The translations under genes were made by a program, and so were the position numbers. The notes beneath the pieces are model-generated. The model was not told the origin of the DNA. It did not search any database and saw only the letters and a program-made list of their open reading frames with translations. 64,000 nucleotides of DNA, from assembly GCA_964188305.1 (NCBI GenBank), contig OZ076885.1. The stretch is one strand, 5' to 3'. Source of the stretch: Podarcis bocagei. Lineage: Eukaryota. Below, piece after piece: positions 25,595-36,188 of this stretch (position 1 is the first letter of the stretch; every line of letters starts with the position of its first letter).

Positions 25595-28500
25595 ATAATA
25601 ATAATAATAATAATAAATTTTATTTATATCCCGCCCTCCCCAGCCAAAGCCGGGCTCAGGGCGGCTAACAACAATCAAATAATCAGTCAAATAATCACAC
25701 AATCTAAAAATATTTCATTATAAAAATTAGTTAAATCAAATTGATGGCAACCAATTAAGCAGAATTATGTGCAGGTTGCCAGAGGAGGGAGTCAGGCTGC
25801 GCCCTGACCAAAGGCCTGGCGGAACAACTCTGTCTTGCAGGCCCTGCGGAAAGATGTCAGGTCCCGCAGGGCCCTAGTCTCTTTTGACAGAGCATTCCAC
25901 CAGTTTGGAGCTGCAGCTGAGAAGGCCCTGGCTCTAGTTGAGGCCAGCCTAACCTCTCTGAGGCCTGGGACCTTGAGGATGTTATTATTTGCAGACCGTA
26001 GGTTTCTCTGTGGGGCATACCAGGAGAGGCGGTCCCGTAGGTACGAGGGTCCTAGGCCGTATAGGGCTTTAAAGGTTAAAACCAGCACCTTAAACCTGAT
26101 CCTGTACTCCACCGGGAGCCAGTGCAGCTGGTATAATACCGGATGAATGTGCTCTCGCAGCGAAGACCCCATAAGGAGTCTCGCCGCGGCATTCTGCACC
26201 CGCTGGAGTTTCTGGGTCAGTCTCAAGGGCAGCCCCACGTAGAGCGAGTTACAATAATCCAGTCTGGAGGTGACCGTCGCATGGATCACAGTGGCTAGGT
26301 CAGGACGAGAGAGATAAGGGGCCAACTGCTTAGCTTGGCGGAGATGAAAAAATGCCGCCTTTGTTATAGCTGTAATCTGCGACTCCATAGAGAGGGAGGT
26401 ATCGAAGATTACACCCAAACTCTTAACGGCCGGTGCTGGCACTAATTGCACCCCCGCAAGAGATGGGAGTTGCCCCCTCGATCCCATATCGTCCCGCCCC
26501 AGCCAGAGGACCTCTGTCTTCGAAGGATTTAACTTCAACCGGCTCCCACGTAACCATCCAGCCACAGCTTCCAGACATCTGGTCAGTGTGTCTGGGGCCG
26601 AGTCAGGATGGCCATCCATCAACAGATAGAGTTGGGTGTCATCAGCATACTGATGGCAACCCAGCCCAAAACTCCGGACAAGCTGGGCGAGGGGGCGCAT
26701 AAAGATGTTAAAAAGCATCGGGGAGAGAATTGCACCCTGAGGCACTCCACACACCAAGGAGTGGCGCGATGACAATTCCCCCCCAAGCGCCACCCTCTGT
26801 CCCCGACCAGAGAGAAACGAGCGCAGCCATTGAAGGACTGTGCCCTGGATCCCCACGTCGGCAAGGCGGTGGTCCAGGAGTTCGTGATCGACCATGTCAA
26901 AGGCTGCTGACAGATCTAGAAGAATCAGCAGCCCCGACCCGCCTCGATCCAGCTGCCTGCGGAGATCATCTGTTAGGGCGACCAGAGCCGTCTCGGTCCC
27001 ATGACCAGCGCGGAAGCCAGACTGGAATGGGTCCAGAGCAGATGTTTCATCCAGAAACCTACCAAGCTGTTCAGCAACCGCTCTCTCAATCACCTTACCC
27101 AGGAATGGAAGATTCGAGACCGGGCGGTAATTGGATAGATCTGAGGGATCTAATGATGTTTTCTTTAAGAGCGGATGCACCACCGCCTCCTTCAGTTCCC
27201 CTGGGAATATCCCGGTGCCAAGGGACAAATTGATGATATCCCCCAGGGGGCCCCGCACCTCGTCTGGACACGCTCTAATCAGCCATGACGGGCACGGGTC
27301 AAGAGGACAGGTGGTGGGCTTTCCAGCTTGGAGGAATCTGTCCACATCGGCTGGAGATATCCGGTCAAAGTGGTCCAATACTGGACCCGAGGACAGTCGA
27401 GGGGCCTCCAGTTCCTTTATTGTATCCAAATTGGCAGGGAGGTCATGGCGGAGCAACAGGACCTTCTCCGCAAAAAAGCTCGCAAATGCCTCACAGCTGT
27501 GTGTCAGATTGTTATTTAAATTTGGCTGTCCTTCAAGGGACGTTAAAGACCGGATTATACTAAATAATTGCGCCGGGCGAGAGCTAGCGGATGCAATGGA
27601 GGCCGAGAAGTAAGACTTCTTAGCAGCCTTCACTGCCATCTCATAGGTTTTCATAAAAACCCTATAAGATGTTCTTGAGGCTCCGTCACGGGCACCCCGC
27701 CATACTCGCTCTAGCCGTCTGAGGTCCCGCTTCATTTTCCGAAGCTCCTCGGTAAACCAGGGAGCCCGGTTTCTGCGGGGTCGCAGAGGGCGCTTAGGTG
27801 CGATCTCATCGATGGCTGCCAGGAGCTGGGTATTCCAGCCCTCAACAAGCTCAGTCAATGAGTCGCCAGGGGGAGCAAGGTCCCGCAAGGCTTGACGGAA
27901 TCTATCCGGGTCCATCAGCCTCCGCGGGCGAGCCCAAATCGGCTCGCCACCTAAGCAGGGTGGGGGTGGAAAGTCAATCCTGGCTTTCAGAGCGTAGTGA
28001 TCAGACCATGGCACCTTCATCGAAGGAGACATGATCACATCTATACCGGCGCCAAAGATCAAATCCAGAGTGTGGCCTGCTTGATGTGTGGGGCCCGAAA
28101 CAAACTGGGAGAGCCCTAGTGTCGCCATGGAAGACACCAGGTCCAGAGCCTGTGAGGAGGGAGTGGCATCAGCGTGGAAGTTGAAGTCTCCCAATACCAA
28201 TAGGTTAGGGAACTCCAAGGCCCAGCCGGCCACCGCCTCCAGCAGGCCTGACAGGGTGGCTGCTGGTGCGCTAGGTGGCCGGTACACCAGCCAGACAGCC
28301 AAGCTCTCCTCGGAGCCCCACACTAGGCCAACACATTCAATGCCGGGGATCGATGGCGATGGTAGAGCCCTGAAAGAACAATCTTCCCGGATTAATACTG
28401 CCACCCCTCCCCCCCGGCCCACAGTCCGTGACTGGTGGAGGACGGAGAAACCCGGGGGCGCCATCTCTCGTAAGGTAACAGTTACCCCTTCGCGCACCCA

Positions 28501-29061
28501 GGTCTCCGTCACACAAGCCAGGTCAACTCCCTGCGAGATAAAGAAATCTCGCAGGGTAGCAGTTTTGTTGCCTATAGACCTGGCATTGCACAACACCAGT
28601 GAAGGAGGTGAGTAATCCTTGCTCACCCTACCCTCGTCTCTCGGGATGGGGCGCAGATTGGAAGGGGTACGAGCATATCCATATCTCGATCCCCTTCGCC
28701 TATAACATCTGCCCCCACCGCCATACCTCCCTCGCCCCTCCACGGTCGCAATCCCAAGCCTCATACTAACCTCCATTTACAAATAGAAAACAAAACAACC
28801 AAAACAATTATGCCCAAACAAAACCAATCCCCGCCCCACTCAGTGTCCACCCCCCAAAACAAAACAAAATGGAACAAACAAAAATACATAAATAAAAACC
28901 ACCATTCACGGTGGTACAACAAAGTAAACAATAAAAGCACCTTTAAAACACCTTAAAATATATAAAAACATCTTTAACATTTGCAGCAGATAATGAAATA
29001 ATATAATATTATAAAAAACAACAACCCCCATTTAAGGTGCTGCAAATTAAAAGCAATTAAA
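25595..29061 (-). mobile_element. young L2-clade LINE
   Basis: TSD ACATTTA at 25588-25594 and 29062-29068; (AAT)n tail; 3'UTR stem CCGCCCT...AGGGCGG; intact ORF; CpG-rich body; ~285-nt T-rich leader on the sense strand. Confidence 0.95.
25792..28776 (-). CDS. L2 LINE ORF2: APE endonuclease + reverse transcriptase (994 aa)
   Basis: APE motifs CNARS, VTETW, VYRPP, LGDFN, GHTLDLIF, WSDH. RT motifs YRPVSNLPFLGKVIE, QSGFR, LDLSAAFDMVDH, GVPQGAILSP, YADD. L2-type C-terminus SRLDYCNSL...LHWLP. No stops. Confidence 0.96.
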   Translation of the reverse strand: MEVSMRLGIATVEGRGRYGGGGRCYRRRGSRYGYARTPSNLRPIPRDEGRVSKDYSPPSLVLCNARSIGNKTATLRDFFISQGVDLACVTETWVREGVTVTLREMAPPGFSVLHQSRTVGRGGGVAVLIREDCSFRALPSPSIPGIECVGLVWGSEESLAVWLVYRPPSAPAATLSGLLEAVAGWALEFPNLLVLGDFNFHADATPSSQALDLVSSMATLGLSQFVSGPTHQAGHTLDLIFGAGIDVIMSPSMKVPWSDHYALKARIDFPPPPCLGGEPIWARPRRLMDPDRFRQALRDLAPPGDSLTELVEGWNTQLLAAIDEIAPKRPLRPRRNRAPWFTEELRKMKRDLRRLERVWRGARDGASRTSYRVFMKTYEMAVKAAKKSYFSASIASASSRPAQLFSIIRSLTSLEGQPNLNNNLTHSCEAFASFFAEKVLLLRHDLPANLDTIKELEAPRLSSGPVLDHFDRISPADVDRFLQAGKPTTCPLDPCPSWLIRACPDEVRGPLGDIINLSLGTGIFPGELKEAVVHPLLKKTSLDPSDLSNYRPVSNLPFLGKVIERAVAEQLGRFLDETSALDPFQSGFRAGHGTETALVALTDDLRRQLDRGGSGLLILLDLSAAFDMVDHELLDHRLADVGIQGTVLQWLRSFLSGRGQRVALGGELSSRHSLVCGVPQGAILSPMLFNIFMRPLAQLVRSFGLGCHQYADDTQLYLLMDGHPDSAPDTLTRCLEAVAGWLRGSRLKLNPSKTEVLWLGRDDMGSRGQLPSLAGVQLVPAPAVKSLGVIFDTSLSMESQITAITKAAFFHLRQAKQLAPYLSRPDLATVIHATVTSRLDYCNSLYVGLPLRLTQKLQRVQNAAARLLMGSSLREHIHPVLYQLHWLPVEYRIRFKVLVLTFKALYGLGPSYLRDRLSWYAPQRNLRSANNNILKVPGLREVRLASTRARAFSAAAPNWWNALSKETRALRDLTSFRRACKTELFRQAFGQGAA

Positions 29062-29066
29062 ACATT

Positions 29067-29448
29067 TAGGGTGGTGTATGGGTCCTATTTGAAGAGCTGT
29101 CAGAGGACAGTCCTCTATTTGACAGATTCCTCTATTTGAAGGTGTGTCTGGTCCAAATCTGGTTTAAATGAACCACCAGCAGGACAGTGAGCAGGGCTTT
29201 GAAGTTTCCCATTAGCGTTTAGCACCTGGGCAACAGACTGGGCAGGCACACAGGCCACCTGCCAAAGTCTCCCCCACTATGGTAAGAGGTATTGTATTTC
29301 TATTTAAATTAAATGTTAGTAATGATTTCTAAATCCACTCTTATGAAAATTAATTTGCACTTGCAAGATGCAAACATGTATCCTCTTTTTTAAAAATAAG
29401 AATTGCACCGCCCCCCCACCTTTTGGTGATTTGTAAGTGGCTACCCTG
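29067..29448. mobile_element. degraded hAT MITE whose left end was hit by the L2 insertion
   Basis: Termini TAGGGTGG...GGCTACCCTG with internal TCCTCTATTTGA repeats. Right flank CTCACATT (29449-29456) matches TTTACATT (25585-25592) at 6/8 once the L2 is removed. Confidence 0.6.
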
Positions 29449-30043
29449 CTCACATTTGAAGTATTGGTCATATTTCAATGTGAATTTTAAAATGATGTCT
29501 CTGTGCTGCGTTTGTGTGCAGTGCTAGTTGCCTTGCCAGTCTCAAGCTGGCACTGTGGGTTTTCTGTAATCACTGAACTGAGAGGGGAAAAAATATAGAC
29601 ATGCACGCAGACAGAGCTGGCCTTTATTTTAGATTGCTTGTTGTTGCTGAGTTGAACAAGACTGCAGTAGTTGCATGCATAACCCTTCTTGTTAGCCTAT
29701 CAAGTAAACATCTTAGATACTAGATTTTAAATATGTGACATTTAACCACAGTGTTTGTTATGCCGGTGGCTTCGCTATGGGCTATTTCAAACACTGCAGT
29801 TTTCGTACACGGAAAGCACTGCCTTTAGGTGTGATGTGTAACCTGCACATAGGTTATTTCTTTTTAAAAAATATATAAATATTGCAAGGTAAGCAGGTGT
29901 ATGACTATCTTTTTATCTCTGTCTGTTTAATCACAAGTGCATATGAGAAACTATGGCTAATTGCAGCCCCTTTAAAATAGTCTGTCTCAACTTTAAGTCA
30001 AGATTCTCCTTCCCTGGAGATCTTTGGAAAATAGATTCAGGTA

Positions 30044-30260
30044 GGTAGCAGTGTTGGTCTGACGCAGACAAAATATTTTTATTTTTTTTTAAATTGTCCA
30101 GTAGCACCTTAGAGAACAACTAAGTTAGTTCTGGGTACAAGCTTTCGTGTGCATGCACACTTCTTCAGATACACTGAAACAGAAGTCACCAGACCCTTAT
30201 ATATAGTGGGAGGGTGGGGTGAGGTTTTTCTTAGAAGGTTAGTTGGAGATGGGTGATTGC
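30044..30260 (-). mobile_element. Penelope-like element pseudo-LTR fragment
   Basis: GTAGCAGTGTTGGTCTG...CCAGTAGCACCTTAGAG...AAGCTTTCGTGTGCATGCACACTTCTTCAGATAC resembles reptile PLE terminal repeats and contains a hammerhead core. Confidence 0.75.
30135..30172 (-). ncRNA. minimal type I hammerhead ribozyme motif
   Basis: Minus strand GUAU-CUGAAGA-A-GUGUGCAUGCACAC-GAAA-GCUU-GUAC: CUGANGA and GAAA core, palindromic stem II, palindromic AAGCUU stem III, stem I GUAU/GUAC. Confidence 0.7.
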
Positions 30261-30406
30261 TTAATTTTTAAAATTTATTTGGAAAATATGTTTTTATTTA
30301 GATAAACAGCAAGTCACTACAACTCTAGTCCATTTAGGGAAAAAATGGGAACTAGAATGTGCTACCTTCTGGTGTTATGGATATCCACAATTCATTTTAA
30401 TATATA

Positions 30407-30612
30407 CAGGTAACTCGCAATTTGCGCACATTTAACTTGTGCGCATTCAGCTTTACGTGTTTGGAAAAAATATTTTAAAAAAATTAACAGGGGGTGGAAA
30501 TGGGGCAAAAAAGACTTTGGCAATCCCCACTGCCATTGAACCCAATGTGTTTTGATCATATACCATTTTGGGTTTATACACAATTCCTGTAATGTAAATT
30601 GAAAGTCGCCTG
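30407..30612. mobile_element. Tc1/mariner (Tigger-like) MITE
   Basis: TA-flanked termini CAGGTAACTCGCAATTTGC / GTAAATTGAAAGTCGCCTG. Confidence 0.65.
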
Positions 30613-30616
30613 TACT

Positions 30617-30729
30617 TAGGACTGCCATATTTATGTCCTGAGCCAATTTCCAAAAGGCGGCACTTTGTCCTGGAGCTCGACAACTTTTGGGGCATCCTGC
30701 TTTTTACTTTTTGAAATATGGCAACCCTA
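30617..30729. mobile_element. short hAT-like MITE
   Basis: TIR TAGGACTGCCATATTT / AAATATGGCAACCCTA. Confidence 0.6.
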
Positions 30730-30846
30730 CCTGTTGTACTAGCAATACACTCATAGTTAGTATTGTTCACATGCTCTTGTGTAACTGAGTCACAATAATT
30801 AGTTGGCTCATCACAATTAGCATCACTCCTTGCCACCTTGCTTCTC

Positions 30847-31329
30847 TGTCAGGATGCTGTCAAAGGCTCCCGGCTGGTTGCCCAGGAAAGTATAAAGGCA
30901 AGGAAAAATTCTTCTTTTTTATTTCAGTCTTTACAGAGAGAGGCTAAAGAACCCAGCCTCTTGGATAAAGGCATTGTCCAGAGTGAATCTCCACCCTCCG
31001 TCTCTCCCACTTCCTCATTTGTCAGAATCATCACCACCTCTACGGGTGCTGTTAAGTGCCCTCTGTCTTCAAGCTCTTTGCTCTCCTACTTTTAAGACTC
31101 ACTGGGTTCCGGGAGATGGTTGCTCTGGAACACTTTCTAATGACAACGTGTCAGCCAGGTGCTGCTCTGGCTCTCCCATGATTTCCCAACTTTTCTCCTC
31201 ATCTGCTTCTGAGCTGTGACCTCCCTCAAACCCTGTTGTTAATCTATAGTATCGTCCTCTTCCTCCTCCCTGGAAGGGTCAGGATGGGGAGGCGGTCTCC
31301 ATCATTCCTCCTCTGCCCAGTCCCTGACA
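30847..31329 (-). mobile_element. solo LTR (probably Gypsy-like)
   Basis: 483 bp bounded by TGTCAGG...CCTGACA. On the minus strand a purine-rich U3, a TATA-like TTAAAA, and AATAAA near the 3' end. TSD only partial (TTCTC/GCCTC). Confidence 0.6.
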
Positions 31330-31443
31330 GCCTCTCAGTAAGCTGTGGCTATCTATACCAGTGCAGGAAGGCCTGGTACGCACTGCAGCCCCTCCCTGAC
31401 AGCTGCCTGCTACTGTCTGTCGGCCTGAAGACTTCCTCTAAAC

Positions 31444-31902
31444 CAGTGGTTCTCAATTAGCTAATTACAGTGGTATCTCGGGTTAAGTAATTCATTCTGG
31501 AGGTCCGTTCTTAACCTGAAACTGTTCTTAATGTGAGATACCACTTTAGATAATGGGGCCTCCCGCTGCCGCCGTGCCGCCACCGTGCAATTTCTGTTCT
31601 CATCCTGAAGCAAAGTTCTTAACCCGAGGTACTATTTCTGGGTTAGCGGAGTCTGTAACCTGAAGCGTATGTAACCTGAAGCGTCTGTAACCCGAGGTAC
31701 CACTGTACTGAGGAACCCCTGTTTTCCAAAAGCCAAGCTGTGGACCCCCTACTTTTGAAAATTTTGATAGCTCTATTGTAGTTACCTCTGCAAAGCATTT
31801 TTTTGAATAAAATGTGGGGGAGGCAAGGGATGGGGCTGCAGACGCCCTGGGTGCATTCCGCTGACCCGAAGGGGTCCCTGGACCCCTCATTGAGAACTAC
31901 TG
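31444..31902. mobile_element. hAT-Charlie-like MITE with a nested Tc1/mariner MITE
   Basis: TIR CAGTGGTTCTCAA / TTGAGAACTACTG; TSD CTCTAAAC (31436-31443) / CTCTAAGC (31903-31910). Confidence 0.8.
31468..31705. mobile_element. Tc1/mariner MITE, ~230-bp family, copy 1
   Basis: TIR CAGTGGTAYCTCGGGTTA / TAACCCGAGGTACCACTG; TA TSD; subterminal TAACCTGAAGC repeats. Confidence 0.92.
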
Positions 31903-32269
31903 CTCTAAGCCATTTCTTCCTCTGCAGGCTGCCTGTGCATCGGATCTGCAAATAGTACAGTGTGTGCACAGTCCCAGATAAAGATGGGGAGAAGATTGAA
32001 GGAGGGGTTATACTATGATCCAGCCCCCGCCACCATGTGCCCCAAATTTTGTACTTCATTTAAACTCCCTTTAAATACTGCACTTAGAAACATAATTATG
32101 TCACTGAGGACTTGTTTCGGTGAGGAAAAGCAAGCTGCTTACAGTTTGCTGAAGCTACATCCATCTCAGAGGAAAGGAAAAGCTTTTAAGTCCACACGCC
32201 AGTTCCATTCAGAAACTGTACAAGTTTGGAAACTTTGAGGATGAATCTGTTGTTTGGTGTGTGCATTGT

Positions 32270-32810
32270 GGGCAAACGGACATACTGTACCAAAGAAATG
32301 CGCCGCCGCCTACCATCATGAGGCATAATTTAATCCAGGCAAGATTACATGGAAAAAGTCTTTCCTTATTGTTCTCAGTGTCCCAAAGTATTATTCAGAC
32401 ACAGAAAAATTCAAATAAGAAAGCAGCATTAACAGAGGTATCTAGGCCGAGGCACTGTGCTCAGCCTAAGATAAGGATCTATAAAGTCAGTGTTGGCCCC
32501 TGGGTTGTTAACATTTATTTATGTGTGTTTTAGCAGCCGATGTATTTCCATTCTTCAGACGCATTCCAGTCACCCTTGGAGATTATGTTTCAGTGAACAA
32601 TAATGACCGCTGCCCTCCAACACGATATTTTAAAAACAATCGTCTAGGAGCCATATTTATTTTAATAACTGCCATTTCCCTCCCCCCCCGCCTTAAACTT
32701 ACCAAGACGATTTACTTTATTGGCTAATTTTGCATTTACATGAAGTAATCGGTCAGAGAACTCTCGTGGGCGGAAAAAGTGGTTTTCCTCGGAGCAGCTG
32801 CATCAAAAGG
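32270..32810. promoter_or_regulatory. candidate conserved non-coding element (enhancer)
   Basis: Repeat-free, with about 16 CpGs in 540 bp; TAATCC, AACAAT x2, CATTCC and ATTGG motifs. Confidence 0.4.
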
Positions 32811-34247
32811 GAGCTGTGTGTGTGTGTGTGGGAGAGAGAGAGAGAGAGAGAGACAGAGAGAGAAACCATTAGAACACTTTGCCTCACGTTTCCTCTTTGG
32901 CACATAGATTCACAGAAAAGTATTGGCCCCTAGGTAGCCAGGTCACATTCCCCAGTTCAGATGCAGAAGAGAAATGTAGTAAAAGGACACTGTGTCAAAA
33001 AGAATGGCCCCCTACAGTTCTTGTGGGAAATGTCCCGTCCTGGGGGTGGGGGGAATGGTTTGAAATAATTTTGCGGCTCTCTCTAATCTGGCTTTCTGCA
33101 ATATGCACACTGCAAGCCTGTCTTCCACAGCCTGAGACCTGTTTCCTTTCTGCCAGTACCTTAGTATCTGCTTTGCCCTGGAGTCTGCTGATGAAGACTT
33201 CCTGTTTGTTTTGAGTCACTGTTGGAGTGATAAATATACTTTCTCCTCTGAGAGGAAAGAAACCAGCTGCCCTGAACTAGAGACAAAATATGTAGAAATT
33301 CCACCAAATAACCCTCTTATCATGAAGCCTCTATGGAAGCCTTTAAAAAAACCAAAACCAATAAAAACAATTGTGACAAAGGGAACCATTTGTATATCGA
33401 AACATCCCTGGACATGCACAGACCTCGTTTTCTTTGCCTTTAATCCTATGGCTGTAATTTTAAATAACTCTGAGATAAATAAATACAGTTGGCAAAAAGT
33501 CTACACACTCATGCTACGCTGTAATACTCCGCTGGATAAACAAACTGTTTTAGTTGTGGTTTCTTGAACTGACCACAAGCTTTAAATCCAGTTGGGTTTT
33601 ATTTGGTTTTGCATGAACCTCTAATGCTTCTGGATAAACTTATGTTTATGTTGTCAGCAGCATCCAGTGTGGTGCTGGGTCACTTCTGTGCGTAATTTCT
33701 ATTTCCGAGAGATAGGATAAACCCCCAGAAAAATATTAGAATATTAGATAATTTTAATAAAAAGATTGGTGTTTTATTTCGTCAATGCTCACTTTGTAAT
33801 TTTGAAAGAATGCAGTCGTGTCTTTTATGTTTTTGCTACTATCTTTTCATCTCTTTTATCATCTCTTTTCCTGGAGACAGAGCTCGAAGCACAGCCCTAC
33901 ACCCAATCCCGAGAGCAAGGATCGGATGCAAGTTTCCAGTTCTTAACAATGCAGTGTGGAATTCCAGAACTGTTTTAAGAATACACCAAATCACCCATAT
34001 GCACTCCCTTCTTAGGAAATGGAGGGAATCCTCACAATTTTCTCTAGGAACACATTCTGCTCCATCCTAATAGCCATCGGTTTTCTGCCTTCTAGTTTGT
34101 AGCAAACCTCTGGGATCTTTTAGAGCACAGCATGAACAGCAGACATGAGAGATTGGTTCATGTGTCAAGTTTATTATGAATCCCCCGGATAACGTGTAAG
34201 ACACACAGCACCAGAGACATACAGCACTGCCGGTGGGCTATATAATT

Positions 34248-34338
34248 CAGCCTGCAATCCCATGCATAATTACCTTGGAGTAAGCTGCACTGAATATGCT
34301 TGGATTTACTTCTGAGAAACATGGATAGGATGGCACTG
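34248..34338. repeat. short (~85 bp) hairpin-forming interspersed repeat
   Basis: GCAATCCCATGCAT...GAGTAAG...TTTACTTCTGAG...ATGGATAGGATGGC. Related copies near 8740, 12730-12860, 35520, 60860 and 63900. Confidence 0.6.
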
Positions 34339-35012
34339 TCAGTCTCGGAAGTTGAAGCAGCACTTGAATTCTTAATTTTACATTTGTAGGTGGACCAGTG
34401 CTGTGACATTTAGTAGATTAACCATTTAGATATATCAGTTTAAAAGGTGGCTCTGACTAATCAGACAGGAGGCTGTTGTTCTTTTGAAAGTTCCTGCCTT
34501 CCTTCTATGTGTGAGAGAAGGATCCTTCTTTCTCTCACACACAGATGGAATATCTTTTCTGAAATGGTGCCTGCTGTGGCATTAATGCTGAATCTAAATA
34601 TGAAGAAATAATGCTTTTTTGCCCTTTAGAATTACTATTTAATTCATTTTTATTAATATGCAAATTTATGCAGATTTAATTATTTGATTGATTAAAGCCC
34701 AAACAATCAATCAACTATAATTTCTTCAGATGAGCGACAGCCCTAGTATAGACATTTGGATGTGGAAATTCAACATAAATCCATAGCAGATTTTAGGCTT
34801 CTTTGCTTGTACATGTCAATTCTGGTGAGAAAAGTTTCAGCTAAAAAAGAGAGCAATTATTTTGAAACTCGGGTATAAAATTTATGTGTTCTTAAACACC
34901 AATGGCTGATTGATTCACATGGCAATTAGACATGTGGTGTCCAAAAGAATCCTACTTGAAATCACAACCAGCGTACAAGTATTTTAATAACTGATTATAT
35001 ATAAAGAAGTAA

Positions 35013-35378
35013 GGTAAAGGTAAAGGTACTCCTGCCCGTACGGGCCAGTCGTGACCGACTCTGGGGTTGCGCGCCCATCTTGCTTAAGAGGCCGGGGGCC
35101 AGCGCTGTCCAGAGACACTTCCGGGTCACGTGGCCAGCATGACGAAGCTGCTTTAGCGAGCCTGCACCAGCGCAGCACACGGAAACGCCGTTTACCTTCC
35201 CGCTATAAAGCGATACCTATTTATCTACTTGCACTTAAGAGTGCTTTCGAACTGCTAGGTGGGCAGGAGCTGGGACCGAATGACGGGAGCTCACCCCGCC
35301 GCGGGGATTCTAACCGCCGACCATACGATCGGCAAGTCCTAGGTGCTGAGGTTTTACCCACAGCGCCACCCGTGTCCC
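35013..35378 (-). mobile_element. Sauria SINE (Squam1), CpG-rich young copy
   Basis: Full head GGGACACGGGTGGCGCTGTGG...GGTTAGAATCC; (ACCTTT)n tail; TSD AGAAGTAA at 35005-35012 and 35379-35386. Confidence 0.95.
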
Positions 35379-35769
35379 AGAAGTAATGTGGGTCTATTGC
35401 TAGTGATGAGTTGAATGCCGGCAGGATTAGACCTCCTGCATGCCTTTGCAATGCAAACCCCTCAACTCTTTCCTTGTGCTTGAAAAGTCTACCAAAACAT
35501 ATACAACTAATCATCTTTGGTGCAATCCTAGGCTGCCTACTCAGAAGTATGCCAAATTGAGTTGTTCAATGGGCAATTATAAACAGGATTGCTGTCATAG
35601 CTAGTATTGTATGTTCAAATCATATTTACCACCATGCGGTTTCTCAAAACTACCAGGATGGCTTAGACACCATGAAACATTACACCAAATACGATAACTT
35701 AAATCTATACAATAAAATGGAATTGGAACCTGGCCTCGATCGGAGACGCTCTACCCAGCCTACCCTTGG

Positions 35770-35903
35770 ATAGAATCATAGAACTGAAGAGTTGAAAGGG
35801 ATCCTGAGGATCATCTAGTCCAAATCGCTGCAATGCAGGAATATTCAGTTGTCCCATACAGGGATTGAACTTGCAACTTCGGTGTTATCAGCATCATGCT
35901 CTA
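35770..35903 (-). mobile_element. tRNA-Ile-like-headed SINE with CR1-like tail
   Basis: Minus strand TAGAGCATGATGCTGATAACACCGAAGTTGCAAGTTCAATCC, followed by the tail TTGGACTAGATGATCCTCAGG...TTCTATGATTCTAT. Confidence 0.8.
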
Positions 35904-36188
35904 GTTGTGCATTAACACTGTATGAATAGTTGTTTTGGAAAGTATGGATGGGAGATGGACAGCAGAGCACCTGCTCACATATTGAGGTGGATGTTTAAGG
36001 TTCCCAGTCATGCATTTGTAAGCTTTCCAAGTTAGGGGTCTCCTCAGATTGTGGGACTATGTCCTCTGTAACAGCGACAATGTATGTATTGGCTATTACC
36101 TTACCTGCAGTTCATCCTCTACTCCACCTTAGAGTGCCTTACCTTGTTCAATACATGATAACTTTTACTGGGCAGCTATAAAGGTGTA

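Noticed and set aside
25835-28615. Several + strand ORFs of 100-175 aa
   Set aside because: Antisense shadows of the GC-rich L2 ORF2; no recognisable domains.
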